From Dehalococcoidia bacterium (lineage in GTDB: Bacteria > Chloroflexota > Dehalococcoidia > Plut-88900), in contig CBDBLV010000005.1 in NCBI GenBank assembly GCA_965207225.1, positions 1,312,001 through 1,376,000 on the forward strand: 64,000 bases of DNA. The letters are read 5' to 3'. Under the pieces are notes generated by a model. The model searched no databases. It had not been told where the DNA came from and saw only the letters and a list, made by a program, of their open reading frames with translations. How positions within the stretch are numbered: the stretch's first letter is position 1; each line of letters starts with the position of its first letter. Below are positions 9,177-19,710 of the stretch, in pieces. The translations under genes were made by a program, and so were the position numbers.

Positions 9177-9926
9177 CTACCGGGCGTTGATACCTCCGTC
9201 GATGATGAGTTCGGAGCCGGTCATGAAAGAGGACTCGTCGGAGGCGAGGAAGAGGACGGCGCTGGCAATTTCGTCGGGCTGGCCGAGCCTCTCCATGGGG
9301 ACCATTAATTCGAGCTGTCGCACCTTTTCGGGGAATGGCAGAAATTCCTGAATCAGGGGGGCATTGACGGGCCCCGGGTGTACGGAGTTGGCGCGGACCC
9401 CGAATGAAACGTTCTGAATGGCGGTGGACTTGGTGAAGAGCCGGACGGCGGCCTTGGAAGCACCGTAGATGGCGGAGTTGGGGCTGCCGATGTTCCCGTA
9501 GGACGATGACATATTGACTATGGCGCCATTGCCATGGCGTTTCATTTCAGGAAGGACGGCTTTGGTCCCAAGGAAGACGCCCTTGGCATTTATCTCGAAG
9601 ATGCGGTCCCAGCTTTCGGCGGTCTCGTTTTCTATGAGTTCACGTTTTGTGACTCCGGCGTTGTTGACGAGGATGTCGAGCTTGCGGTAACGGTCGATGG
9701 TGAGGGCTACGGCGTCGGCCCAGGAGGATTCGGAGGTGACGTCCAGAGGCGTGAAGGTTATGTTGGCGCCGGACTGCTGAAGCTCAGCGGCTAGAGTCCG
9801 GCCTTCTTCGACAAGGATGTCGCCTATTACGACGGATGCGCCTTCGGCGATGAAGCGTCGGGCGATGGCGGCGCCGATGCCTCGGGCGCCGCCGGAGATG
9901 AGGGCTACCTTTTCCGGGAGTCTCAA
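9177..9926 (-). CDS. Short-chain dehydrogenase/reductase (tandem paralogue)
   Basis: Same motifs; TTG start with GGAGGAG RBS; co-linear with the 8331-9080 protein. Confidence 0.9.
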   Translation of the reverse strand: MRLPEKVALISGGARGIGAAIARRFIAEGASVVIGDILVEEGRTLAAELQQSGANITFTPLDVTSESSWADAVALTIDRYRKLDILVNNAGVTKRELIENETAESWDRIFEINAKGVFLGTKAVLPEMKRHGNGAIVNMSSSYGNIGSPNSAIYGASKAAVRLFTKSTAIQNVSFGVRANSVHPGPVNAPLIQEFLPFPEKVRQLELMVPMERLGQPDEIASAVLFLASDESSFMTGSELIIDGGINAR

Positions 9927-9945
9927 ACCGACTCCTCCGGCTGAA

Positions 9946-11196
9946 CTAGGATGGTTGCGGCGGAGGGACCGGGATGTGTTTGACGAAACGATCGTCAAAG
10001 GGGGCGTGAGAGAGAACCTCGGGGCCGTTCCTGGTGATGAGGATCTCCTCTTCCAGCTTGACGCTCTCCCTAGCCCCGCGCTTGCTGGCCAGGCCTTCAA
10101 GGGAGAGGACCATGTTTTCCTGGAGGACCTCGTCGTCGTTGCCGAAGCCGCTCCAGGACTGGTCGGGCCAGTAGATGCAGGGCCATTCGTCGGACATGCC
10201 GTCGCCGTGGGCGATCATGGGGTAGCGCTGGTACTTGTACTCCTCGGGATACTCGGGGCACTTTTCGGCGATTTCCTGGAAGTGGGCGCCAACCTGGAAA
10301 TGTTTCAGGGACTCGTAGATGAAGTTGTAGCCGAGCTTGTAGGCTTCCATCTGCTCGTCGTTGGGGGGGCCGTCGCCGCAGAGGTAGGTGCGGGAGAAGT
10401 CGGCGAAGTAGCCCATGGGTCCGGACATGTCGGTGTCGTAACCGACGAGGTCACCGGGGCGAACTATTCGGTCGGTGGATCCCTGACCCCAGGGGTTGGT
10501 GTTGCCGCCCGCGGAGAGGAGCCGGGCGTCCATATGCTCACCGCCGTGCTTGAGGTTGGTGTAGGTCATGACGGCGAATAGCTCCTGCTCGGTGACGCCG
10601 GGCTTGATGGCGTCCCGGACTGCGCAGATGGAGATATCGGCGACGGCGCATGCCTGGCGGATGAGGGAGACCTCGTCTTCGGTCTTAATGGATCGGGCGC
10701 GTTCGAAGGGGATGCGGGCGTCGGCGAGGGGAATCTCGTGATTGCGAAGGGACTCCATGCTGTTGAAATCGAGCCTGTCGAAGCCCAGCCGCTGTCCAAG
10801 AATGCCCTTCTCCTTGAGTACAGACGTGATGCGGTCGCCCCAGAGTCGGGCGGCGTCCTCGGCGTACTGACCGGCGGGGAAGAACTCGAACAGGGTGCCT
10901 TTCTCAAGGGCCCAGGAGCCGTCGTCAGCATATTCGGAGAGCCAGGGTTCACCTTCCTGGGGGACGATGGCGTACTGGCCGAAGGTCCGCATTCCGAAGA
11001 CTCCAGCATGGCGGTGACCGGTGGCGTAGCGGATGTTGACGGGGTCGAAAATGAGGATGCCGCCGAGGTCGGCCTTGGCCATTTCGGCCTGGAGCCGGGC
11101 GAGGCGCTCTCTCTTGAGTCGGGCGACGTCTACTCGTTCGTCAAAGTCGACGGTCTCCTGGCCGAGCAGGTCACGATTGGAACCGAAACGCACCAT
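9946..11196 (-). CDS. M24 peptidase-fold protein, DddP (DMSP lyase)-like
   Basis: FDPVNIRYATG, RLLSAGGNTNPW, YDTD..GPMGYFADFSRT, QRY...HGDGMSDEWP, VKLEE. Confidence 0.8.
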   Translation of the reverse strand: MVRFGSNRDLLGQETVDFDERVDVARLKRERLARLQAEMAKADLGGILIFDPVNIRYATGHRHAGVFGMRTFGQYAIVPQEGEPWLSEYADDGSWALEKGTLFEFFPAGQYAEDAARLWGDRITSVLKEKGILGQRLGFDRLDFNSMESLRNHEIPLADARIPFERARSIKTEDEVSLIRQACAVADISICAVRDAIKPGVTEQELFAVMTYTNLKHGGEHMDARLLSAGGNTNPWGQGSTDRIVRPGDLVGYDTDMSGPMGYFADFSRTYLCGDGPPNDEQMEAYKLGYNFIYESLKHFQVGAHFQEIAEKCPEYPEEYKYQRYPMIAHGDGMSDEWPCIYWPDQSWSGFGNDDEVLQENMVLSLEGLASKRGARESVKLEEEILITRNGPEVLSHAPFDDRFVKHIPVPPPQPS

Positions 11197-11491
11197 GAGG
11201 GCACCTCCGCTGGTTAGTAGGGCTGGCGTCGGGGGTGATTATACTACCGGTGGGGGTGTTTGTGGTTATGGGTGGGGAGGTCTTGCGAGGAGTTATGCGA
11301 GTAGGTAAGTCCTAGATTCCTCGCGGGGCCTCGGAATGACAGGGATGTTCGGAGGCAGGGTAGAAGAGTGTTGATAGTCAGATCGGCGTGGGCCTCCCCC
11401 CGCTCGACCCTTCGACGCCGCTCAGGGTGAGCGGCCCCACGCCACCCCGGGCAACCGCAAGGGATTGCCCTTACAGGGGATGGGGAGGGGG

Positions 11492-12610
11492 TTAGGGGAG
11501 GAACTGTTCGCCGCGTATCAGGCGGCCGATGTCGTTGAAGCTGATTACAACTATGACGGCTATGAGGAACATGAAGCCCATCAGGTGGACCAGGGCTTCG
11601 CGCTTGGGTGCGATGCGGCGGCCGCCGCGAAAGGCTTCGATGATGACGAAGAGGAGTCGGCCACCGTCGAGGGCAGGGATGGGGAGAAGGTTGAAGAAGG
11701 CAAGGTTCAGGCTGAGAATGGCGACAAATCCGATAAAGGGGAGGACTCCGGTCCTGGCTACCTCTCCGGTAACCTGGGCGATGCCGATGGGCCCGGCAAG
11801 GCCCTCCCGGCCTTCGGTGGAGGTGAAGATGTTGCCTATGGATTCCCCGATGGTGGTGACGAACCGGTAGACCTGGACGAAGGACTCGGGAATGACGCTG
11901 AGGCTGGGGCTGAAGCGGGTCACGACTTCTCCGCCGGACACGCCGACACCGATGCCCATAGGCCCCTGGTCGGGGGGAGGGTTGGCGCGCGGGATTAGCC
12001 TAACTATAACGGGGGTGTTGCCACGGGCCATGAGAAAGGAGACCTCCTGCCCGAGGTTGTCCTGAGTGTAGTCAGTGACGTCCCGGAGGGACTGGATTTC
12101 CGTGCCTCCGTAGGGGTCAGCGTCCTCGGGCTGGTCCAGGAGCTGCAGGGTTGAACCTTCAAAGGAAAGATCACTGCGCAGGAAGACGTCCCCGGGGAGC
12201 ATACCCGCTGCGTAGGCAGGGGAGCCGGGTTCGACGCGGGCGACGATTACCTGGGTGCCGACGACCTCGGGCGGGAAGGTGAAGAAGACTGCGAATAGGA
12301 CAAGAGTGAGGGCCAGGTTCATGAAAATGCCGGCCAGGAGGATGGTGACTCGGACGCGGATGCTGCGGGTGGCGAGGCTGCGGGGGTCTGTGGGATCTTC
12401 CTCGCCGGTTAGCTTTACGTAACCGCCTATGGGGATGGCGTTTATGCTGTAACGGGTCTCACCACGCACCACAGAGGCGATGCGGGGCGGGAAGCCGAGG
12501 GCGAACTCCTCGACGCGGACGTTGAAGGCTCGGGCTGCAATGAAATGCCCGAATTCGTGGATGACGATGAGGACGCTGATGACGATGAAGAAAAGGAGGA
12601 CGGTGGTCAT
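11492..12610 (-). CDS. rseP: Site-2 (M50) metalloprotease RseP
   Basis: HEFGH, GGYV, PDZ-like region, NLLPIPALDGG; follows dxr. Confidence 0.93.
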   Translation of the reverse strand: MTTVLLFFIVISVLIVIHEFGHFIAARAFNVRVEEFALGFPPRIASVVRGETRYSINAIPIGGYVKLTGEEDPTDPRSLATRSIRVRVTILLAGIFMNLALTLVLFAVFFTFPPEVVGTQVIVARVEPGSPAYAAGMLPGDVFLRSDLSFEGSTLQLLDQPEDADPYGGTEIQSLRDVTDYTQDNLGQEVSFLMARGNTPVIVRLIPRANPPPDQGPMGIGVGVSGGEVVTRFSPSLSVIPESFVQVYRFVTTIGESIGNIFTSTEGREGLAGPIGIAQVTGEVARTGVLPFIGFVAILSLNLAFFNLLPIPALDGGRLLFVIIEAFRGGRRIAPKREALVHLMGFMFLIAVIVVISFNDIGRLIRGEQFLP

Positions 12611-12623
12611 CGGGGCTGGGTGG

Positions 12624-13751
12624 TCAGCCGGAAGCCATGTCTCGGGCCCAGCGGTCGGCAGCGAGGATGTCCTGGAAGGAAGGTTCGAAGACGGGGTCGT
12701 GGCGCTCGAGAACCTTTTCGACGACACGGAAGATGTCGTTAAAGCCGATGCGACGGTCTAGGAAGAGACGGACGGCGACTTCGTCGGCGGCGCTGAGGAC
12801 GGCGGGGTAGGTGCCACCCTTCTTGCCTGCGTCGACGGCGAGGGTGAAGCAGGGGTATCGGTTGGTGTCGAGCTCCTGGAAGGTAAGTTCCAGAGTGGAT
12901 AAAGAACCCATGCGGGGGGTGTGGCCGTTGTACCAGCGCTCGGGGTGGGAGAGGGCGTACTGGATGGGGAGCCGCATGTCGGTGGGGCCGATCTGGGCCT
13001 TGACGGAGCCGTCGGAGAATTCGACGAAGGAGTGGACGGTGCTCTGGGGATGGACCACGACTTCGATCTTTTCGTAGGGCATGTCAAAGAGCCAGTGGGA
13101 CTCGATGACCTCAAAGCCCTTGTTCATGAGGGTGGAGGAATCGATGGTGATCTTGTTGCCCATCTTCCAGGTCGGGTGGCGGAGGGCTTCGTCGGGTGTG
13201 ACGTCCTGGAGTTCGTCGATGGGGCGCTGGCGGAAGGGACCGCCGGATGCGGTGAGAACGAGTCGGGAGACGTCACCCTCGCCCTGGAGACACTGCCAGA
13301 TGGCGCTGGGCTCGCTGTCGACGGGGATGATTTCCGCTCCCGAGGCTTTGGCCTCCTTGACGACCAGCTCTCCAGCGGAAACGATGACTTCCTTGTTGGA
13401 AAGGACGACACGCTTGCCGGCACGCAGGGCGGCGAGGGTCGGTTCGAGGCCGATGCGTCCGAAGGTTGCCATGACGACGATATCGACATCGGGGTGGGAG
13501 GCGATTTCCTCTGGGGAGGACCACTGGGAGGAGTCAGCGATCAAGGCGCGGGTGTCGGAGGAGGGGTTAAGGGAGCAGGCGAAGTCGGGGGAGAACTCCG
13601 AAAGCTGCCGGTTGAAGAGAGAGGTGTTGCGCCCGGCGGTCAAGCCGATGACCCTGAACCGGCCCGGAAAGGCGCGCACGATGTCCAGGGTCTGGGTGCC
13701 TATGGAGCCCGTGGAGCCGAGGACGGCAAGGCCTTTTATCCCGTCAGTCAT
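12624..13751 (-). CDS. dxr: 1-deoxy-D-xylulose 5-phosphate reductoisomerase
   Basis: LGSTGSIG, PVDSE, LTASGGPF, HPTWKMGNKITIDS, HPQSTVHS. Confidence 0.97.
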   Translation of the reverse strand: MTDGIKGLAVLGSTGSIGTQTLDIVRAFPGRFRVIGLTAGRNTSLFNRQLSEFSPDFACSLNPSSDTRALIADSSQWSSPEEIASHPDVDIVVMATFGRIGLEPTLAALRAGKRVVLSNKEVIVSAGELVVKEAKASGAEIIPVDSEPSAIWQCLQGEGDVSRLVLTASGGPFRQRPIDELQDVTPDEALRHPTWKMGNKITIDSSTLMNKGFEVIESHWLFDMPYEKIEVVVHPQSTVHSFVEFSDGSVKAQIGPTDMRLPIQYALSHPERWYNGHTPRMGSLSTLELTFQELDTNRYPCFTLAVDAGKKGGTYPAVLSAADEVAVRLFLDRRIGFNDIFRVVEKVLERHDPVFEPSFQDILAADRWARDMASG

Positions 13752-14620
13752 GCTACGTAATAGTATACAAGGGGTATGGTGAATACAACGCTGTCGAGGC
13801 GGTCCAGGACGCCGCCGTGACCCGGGAGGAGCTTGCCGGACTCCTTGGCGCCTACTCTGCGTTTGAGGTAGGACTCGGCGAGGTCTCCCGCCATCGATAC
13901 GAGGGCCACTATGGCGGAGAGAGCGGAGATGGGGGCGAGGGCGCCGGGGAGGTCCATAACGTAGTGGACGAGGGTGCCCAAAATGACGGCGGCGGCGACT
14001 CCACCCCCAGCACCTTCCATGGTCTTGTTGGGGCTGATGCGGGGGGCGAGTTTGCGCTGCCCAACGGCTTTACCGATGAAGTAAGCACCGGCGTCGGCGG
14101 CGAAGACGGTTACGAGGGTGTAGAAGACCCAGTCCCGACCCTGGGAGAGGTCCCGGAGAAGGACGAAGTGAGCCAAGGGCCAAGCGATCAGGAAGGCTCC
14201 GAGACCGCCCCACATTACGGGGCCAACGAAGCTCAAGGGTTGATGCTGTTTCAGGTAGAGGATGCCGAGGCAGAGGGCGACGGATGCGGCGGTGAGCACG
14301 GGGAGGACTACTGCATCGAAGAATATGACGCCTACCAAGAAAATGGCGGATAAGAAAAGGCCAGCCAGGGTTGCAGGAGATAACCAGCGCTTCCCGATTA
14401 GGAAATAGAACTCCAGGGCCGCGGCTATTGCGACGATGGCCACAGCGATGGAGACCAGGGGGTCGCCGAGCCAGACTACGGCAAAAAGGACCGGGAGGCC
14501 GACGGCGGCGGTAAGGATGCGGAGGAGGAGATTGGAGGGGCGCTTAGAATTACGTTCACCCTCACCCTGATTCTCTCCCGCCAAGGGAGAGGGTGCGGAA
14601 GGGTCAGGAGTCGATGCCAC
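13748..14620 (-). CDS. cdsA: Phosphatidate cytidylyltransferase
   Basis: SPNKTMEG, GDLAESYLKR..GAKESG..LPGHGGVLDRLDS; multiple TM helices. Confidence 0.93.
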   Translation of the reverse strand: MASTPDPSAPSPLAGENQGEGERNSKRPSNLLLRILTAAVGLPVLFAVVWLGDPLVSIAVAIVAIAAALEFYFLIGKRWLSPATLAGLFLSAIFLVGVIFFDAVVLPVLTAASVALCLGILYLKQHQPLSFVGPVMWGGLGAFLIAWPLAHFVLLRDLSQGRDWVFYTLVTVFAADAGAYFIGKAVGQRKLAPRISPNKTMEGAGGGVAAAVILGTLVHYVMDLPGALAPISALSAIVALVSMAGDLAESYLKRRVGAKESGKLLPGHGGVLDRLDSVVFTIPLVYYYVA

Positions 14621-15344
14621 CGAACCGTCTTTGGCGCTGGGAATAGGCCTGCAGGGAGTTTCGGACCTCCTCCTGGTCGAACTCGGGCCAGGCTTTGTCG
14701 GTGAAATAGTATTCGCTGTAGGCTGACTGCCAGATGAGGAAGTTGCTTAGGCGCATCTCGCCGGCGGTGCGGATGATAAGGTCGGGGTCCGGGATGTTCC
14801 GGGTGTAGAGGTAGTCGGAAACGAGCTGTTCGTCGACGGAGGTCGGGTCTATGCCGTCCCTGAGCATTTGCCTGATGGCGGTGAGGATCTCCGCGCGGCC
14901 GCCGTAGTCGAAGGCGATGCAGACGGTCATGTTGGTGTTGCTGCTGGTGAGGTCAACGGCTTCCTGTATGGAGGCCTGGAGGTCATGAGAGAGTCGGTCT
15001 ATGCGGCCGATGTGGACCAGGCGGACGCCTCTTTCGTGGAAGTACTGGGTCTCGTCCCTGATGGCGGCGGCGAGGAATTCGAGGAGGCCCTGGACCTCTT
15101 CCGGGGGTCGGGCCCAGTTCTCCGTAGAGAAGGCATAAAGGGTGAGATACTCGACGCCATGCTTTGCAAAATCCTCGATGACGGGGCGGATGTTGGATAT
15201 GCCAGCGCTGTGGCCCTTGAGGCGGGGCAGGTTACGCCGCTGGGCCCACCTGCCGTTGCCGTCCATGATAATGGCGACGTGCCGGGGGACGGGGGAGGTC
15301 TGGGGGTCTACCAATGGTATAGGGCTAACGGCGGAGTGTTCCAA
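14604..15344 (-). CDS. uppS: Polyprenyl (undecaprenyl) diphosphate synthase
   Basis: HVAIIMDGNGRWA, YAFSTENW, RTAGEMRLSNFLIWQ, RRFG. Confidence 0.96.
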   Translation of the reverse strand: MEHSAVSPIPLVDPQTSPVPRHVAIIMDGNGRWAQRRNLPRLKGHSAGISNIRPVIEDFAKHGVEYLTLYAFSTENWARPPEEVQGLLEFLAAAIRDETQYFHERGVRLVHIGRIDRLSHDLQASIQEAVDLTSSNTNMTVCIAFDYGGRAEILTAIRQMLRDGIDPTSVDEQLVSDYLYTRNIPDPDLIIRTAGEMRLSNFLIWQSAYSEYYFTDKAWPEFDQEEVRNSLQAYSQRQRRFGGIDS

Positions 15345-15411
15345 AAGGGTCCTCTAGGGCTTGCTTCCACGAACGGACAGGGTGCAATGAAGTCTGAGAA
15401 CGGTAAGCGGG

Positions 15412-15975
15412 CTACCCTTCCATCAACTCCTGCTCCTTGGCCTCGCCGAGTTCGGAGATCTTCTTTATGAAGGAGTCGGTGAGCTTTTGGATCTGGTCGG
15501 TGGCGCGGCGCTCCTCATCCTCGGAGATGTCCTTGGCTTTCTTCATAGAACGGGCCTGCTCCACAGACTCCCTACGGGCGTTACGGACGCTGACCCGACC
15601 TTCTTCGACTCGCCGGCTTACCAGCTTCGCCAATTCCCGGCGGCGCTCATCGGTGAGGGGTGGGATGGGGATCCGGATGATGGCACCATCGGAGGCGGGG
15701 TTGAGGCCGAGGTCGGCCTGGAGGATGGACTTCTCGACGGCTGGTATCGAGCTCTTGTCCCAAGGTTGGACGGTGAGGAGCCGGGCGTCGGGTACGGCGA
15801 TGGAAGCGAGCTGGTTGAGGGGGGTGGAGGCGCCGTAATAGTCGATGAGGAGGTTTTCGATGAGGCCGGGGCTGGCGCGGCCGGTCCTGACGGAGGCGAG
15901 GCTCCTTACAAGGGCGTCGACGGAATCCTCCATCTTGAGTTCGGTTTCGGTAAGGAGATCATCGGTTTCCGGCAT
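15412..15975 (-). CDS. frr: Ribosome recycling factor
   Basis: RTGRASP, YYGASTPLNQLA, IPPLTDERRREL; follows pyrH. Confidence 0.96.
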   Translation of the reverse strand: MPETDDLLTETELKMEDSVDALVRSLASVRTGRASPGLIENLLIDYYGASTPLNQLASIAVPDARLLTVQPWDKSSIPAVEKSILQADLGLNPASDGAIIRIPIPPLTDERRRELAKLVSRRVEEGRVSVRNARRESVEQARSMKKAKDISEDEERRATDQIQKLTDSFIKKISELGEAKEQELMEG

Positions 15976-16052
15976 GGCAAAGATCCTCCGGTCGGGAGGT
16001 GGTGGGGGCAAGTGTAATATCGGGAGGGGGCGGGGGCAAGGGGAGGGGGTGG

Positions 16053-17278
<1,226 letters not shown>

Positions 17279-17280
17279 GG

Positions 17281-18165
17281 TTATTCCTGGGTAGGCTCGG
17301 GTGTTTGCTCTTCTTCAGGTTCGGGGGAAAAGGTTTCGGAGGCCTCTTCTTCGGGTTCGACCATGGCCTCCTCGTAGGCCTTCTGCTGCTCTTCGGCGAG
17401 GCGCTGTCGGAGCTCGACGCCTTCGAGGACGGCGTCGGAGATCTTGCCGCTGATGAGCTTAATAGAGCGGATGGCGTCGTCGTTGCCGGGGATGGGGTGA
17501 TCGATGAGGTTGGGGTCGCAATCGGTATCAACGATGGCAACGAGGGGAACGTCGACGCGCTGGGACTCCTTGACGGCGATGTCCTCCTTGCCGGGGTCGA
17601 CGATGAAAACGGCGTCGGGGAGCTTGGTCATCTCCTTGATCCCGCCGAGGAGGCGGTTCATACGGACGATTTTCTCCTCGAGCTTCTGGGCTTCTTTCTT
17701 GGGGAGGGTCTCGAAAACGCCCTTCTCCTTCTGGTCTTCGAGGCGTACAAGGTGGTCTATTCGGGACTGGATTGTGCCGAAGTTGGTGAGGGTGCCGCCG
17801 AGCCATCGGATATTGACGTAGTGCATGCCGCAGCGGGTGGCTGCATCGTGGATTACGTCCTGGGCCTGTTTCTTGGTGCCGACGAAGAGGACCTCGCCGC
17901 CTTCCATGACGAGGGAGCGGACGAAGTCACAGGCCTCGTTGAGCTTGGTGATGGTCTGCTGAAGGTCGACGATGTGGATGCCGTTGCGCTGGGTGAAGAT
18001 GTAGCGCTTCATCTTGGGGTGCCAGCGTCGGGTCTGGTGTCCGAAGTGGACACCCGATTCGAGGAGGAGCTTCATTGTGACGGGTTCAGGAAGTTGCTCT
18101 TCCTGGGTTTCGACCACAGGCGCTTCAGCGGCGGGTTGGGGTTCCGTTACGGTCTCTTGTACCAT
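17281..18165 (-). CDS. rpsB: 30S ribosomal protein S2
   Basis: [33 protein letters not shown]. Confidence 0.98.
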   Translation of the reverse strand: MVQETVTEPQPAAEAPVVETQEEQLPEPVTMKLLLESGVHFGHQTRRWHPKMKRYIFTQRNGIHIVDLQQTITKLNEACDFVRSLVMEGGEVLFVGTKKQAQDVIHDAATRCGMHYVNIRWLGGTLTNFGTIQSRIDHLVRLEDQKEKGVFETLPKKEAQKLEEKIVRMNRLLGGIKEMTKLPDAVFIVDPGKEDIAVKESQRVDVPLVAIVDTDCDPNLIDHPIPGNDDAIRSIKLISGKISDAVLEGVELRQRLAEEQQKAYEEAMVEPEEEASETFSPEPEEEQTPEPTQE

Positions 18166-18283
18166 GCTTAAGTTGCTCTATTCCTTCCTGCATAGCCTGA
18201 AAATGGGCGCGAGGGAGTATAGCACAGGGCAATAATTGGGGACAATTGGATGGGGGTGGGGCGCCCAGGGAGTGATGGGGCGT

Positions 18284-18335
18284 TTGATTGAAGATTGATT
18301 GAACGTTGATTGAACTCGTAGCTGGTTTGATTGAA
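18284..18335. repeat. Four phased direct repeats TTGATTGAA
   Basis: Copies start at 18284, 18295, 18306 and 18327. Confidence 0.85.
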
Positions 18336-18387
18336 TGACGCCTAGAGTAGAAAACCAGGGGCGTGGTGCATTTTGGGTGGGCCGGAG

Positions 18388-18705
18388 GGGAACCCTCACC
18401 CCCTTGGTCCCCCTCTCCCCCCCGAGGGACTCGGGGCAGGCTCTTAGGGCCTTTAAGGGAGAGGGGGAGAGAAAAACAGAGGGAGCCGTTGGCGCGCCTG
18501 CGCCAACGGCTCCCTCTAGTTTCATTACTGGGGAGAGGGAACAGGACACCACCCCAGATTCCTCGCAGGGCATCGGAATGACAGTGTGAGGGGCGTTGGT
18601 TGGTGGTTGCAGCACTGCGCCGTTCCGCTCTTGAGACCCTTCGACTACGCTCAGGGCGAGCGGAACCCCCACCCATAGGTTCCCGATCGGGGTCGGGAAT
18701 GACGG
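18388..18705. repeat. Cluster of REP-like palindromes and composite element
   Basis: Contains members of four dispersed repeat families. Confidence 0.75.
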
Positions 18706-18716
18706 GAAGGGGGTGT

Positions 18717-19224
18717 AGGCGATGGAAGGACCATGGCCAGGGCGCAGGGGCCGGGGGGCCAAGCTGCGCCAGACCCGCAAGTCGGCAGGGCGAGAGGGAG
18801 TATCCCCTTGCGGCCTGTCCGTATGCGGGAAGCGCTCCATCATTCGGAGGGATGGGAGCACAGACTCTCTGCCGTCTCTAGGTGAATGGGAGCCTCCGAG
18901 ATTTGAGACGGGGGAGTAGTCCCGGGGCGCGATGGCCTCGGGGGACCCGACAAAGTCGGGGTAGAGCCCCTCGCACATGGCGGGGGCTAGACGCCCCAAT
19001 GAGGGGGCGCAGCCGCGGGGGAGACCTGGATGACAGGTGTGCCGCGGAGAGTCGATGGACCTTCCATCGCCTGGAGGAAAGGGTGAGGGGAGGTGACGCG
19101 TGTCGTAGGCCGGGCGGTCGCGCAGCGCCCGGGTGCGACGTGAGCTGATCAGGCTGGTGCGGCTCATAAACTCCTTATTCCTTTCCTGTGTGATGGGCTC
19201 CGAGGTACGAGGTCGGTGGCCCTG
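18717..19224 (-). ncRNA. Candidate structured ncRNA, copy 3 (closing stem 18717-18734/19055-19072)
   Basis: AGGCGATGGAAGGACCAT...ATGGACCTTCCATCGCCT enclosing many hairpins; upstream promoter. Confidence 0.45.
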
Positions 19225-19230
19225 GGGAGT

Positions 19231-19259
19231 AGTATAGCACGGGGGTTCAGGTAGAGCAA
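19231..19259 (-). promoter_or_regulatory. Sigma70-type promoter TTGCTC-17-TATACT (extended -10 TG)
   Basis: Read from the reverse complement. Confidence 0.6.
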
Positions 19260-19601
19260 ATGTGCAGGTTTGGGGGGGGTGGCGGAGGAGAGTGGGGGTG
19301 ATGGGGGTGTGTGGCGCACAGGGTACCCACAAGGGGCACCCCTACAGGGGAGGGGAGTGTGGAAGGGGTGAGAGGCGTGAGTGGGCAAGTCCCAGATTCC
19401 TCGCGGGGCATCGGAATGACAGAGGAGAGGGGGGTGGGGCTTTTGCAAGGCTGACGGGACGTATTGGCAAGCCGTTGGCTCCGCCTCCGCTCATACTTCG
19501 AGAGCCTCAGCATGAGCGGCCCCGCCACCCGGGGATGGATTCCCGATCGGGGGCGGGAATGACGGAAATGCGAATGCTCATCGGTAGGCATTTGGGTTGG
19601 T

Positions 19602-19630
19602 TTGACCGGGTAGAGGGGGGAGTATAGAAT
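19602..19630 (+). promoter_or_regulatory. Sigma70-type promoter TTGACC-17-TAGAAT
   Basis: Upstream of the aminotransferase at 19711. Confidence 0.6.
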
Positions 19631-19710
19631 CGGGCGCGGAGGCCACGGGCGGCGGTGTTAGCGCCCGGGGCTTTGCAATCTCATTGGATGTTCCGTAAAG
19701 GAGTTTTGCT

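Noticed and set aside
18717-18737. AGGCGATGGAAGGAC resembles the 23S rRNA 5' motif GGCGATGAAGGAC
   Set aside because: Only about 14 nt with an indel and no further rRNA similarity; here it is one arm of an inverted repeat
18284-19570. Possible CRISPR array among clustered repeats
   Set aside because: Repeats are heterogeneous palindromes without regular repeat-spacer periodicity; no cas genes
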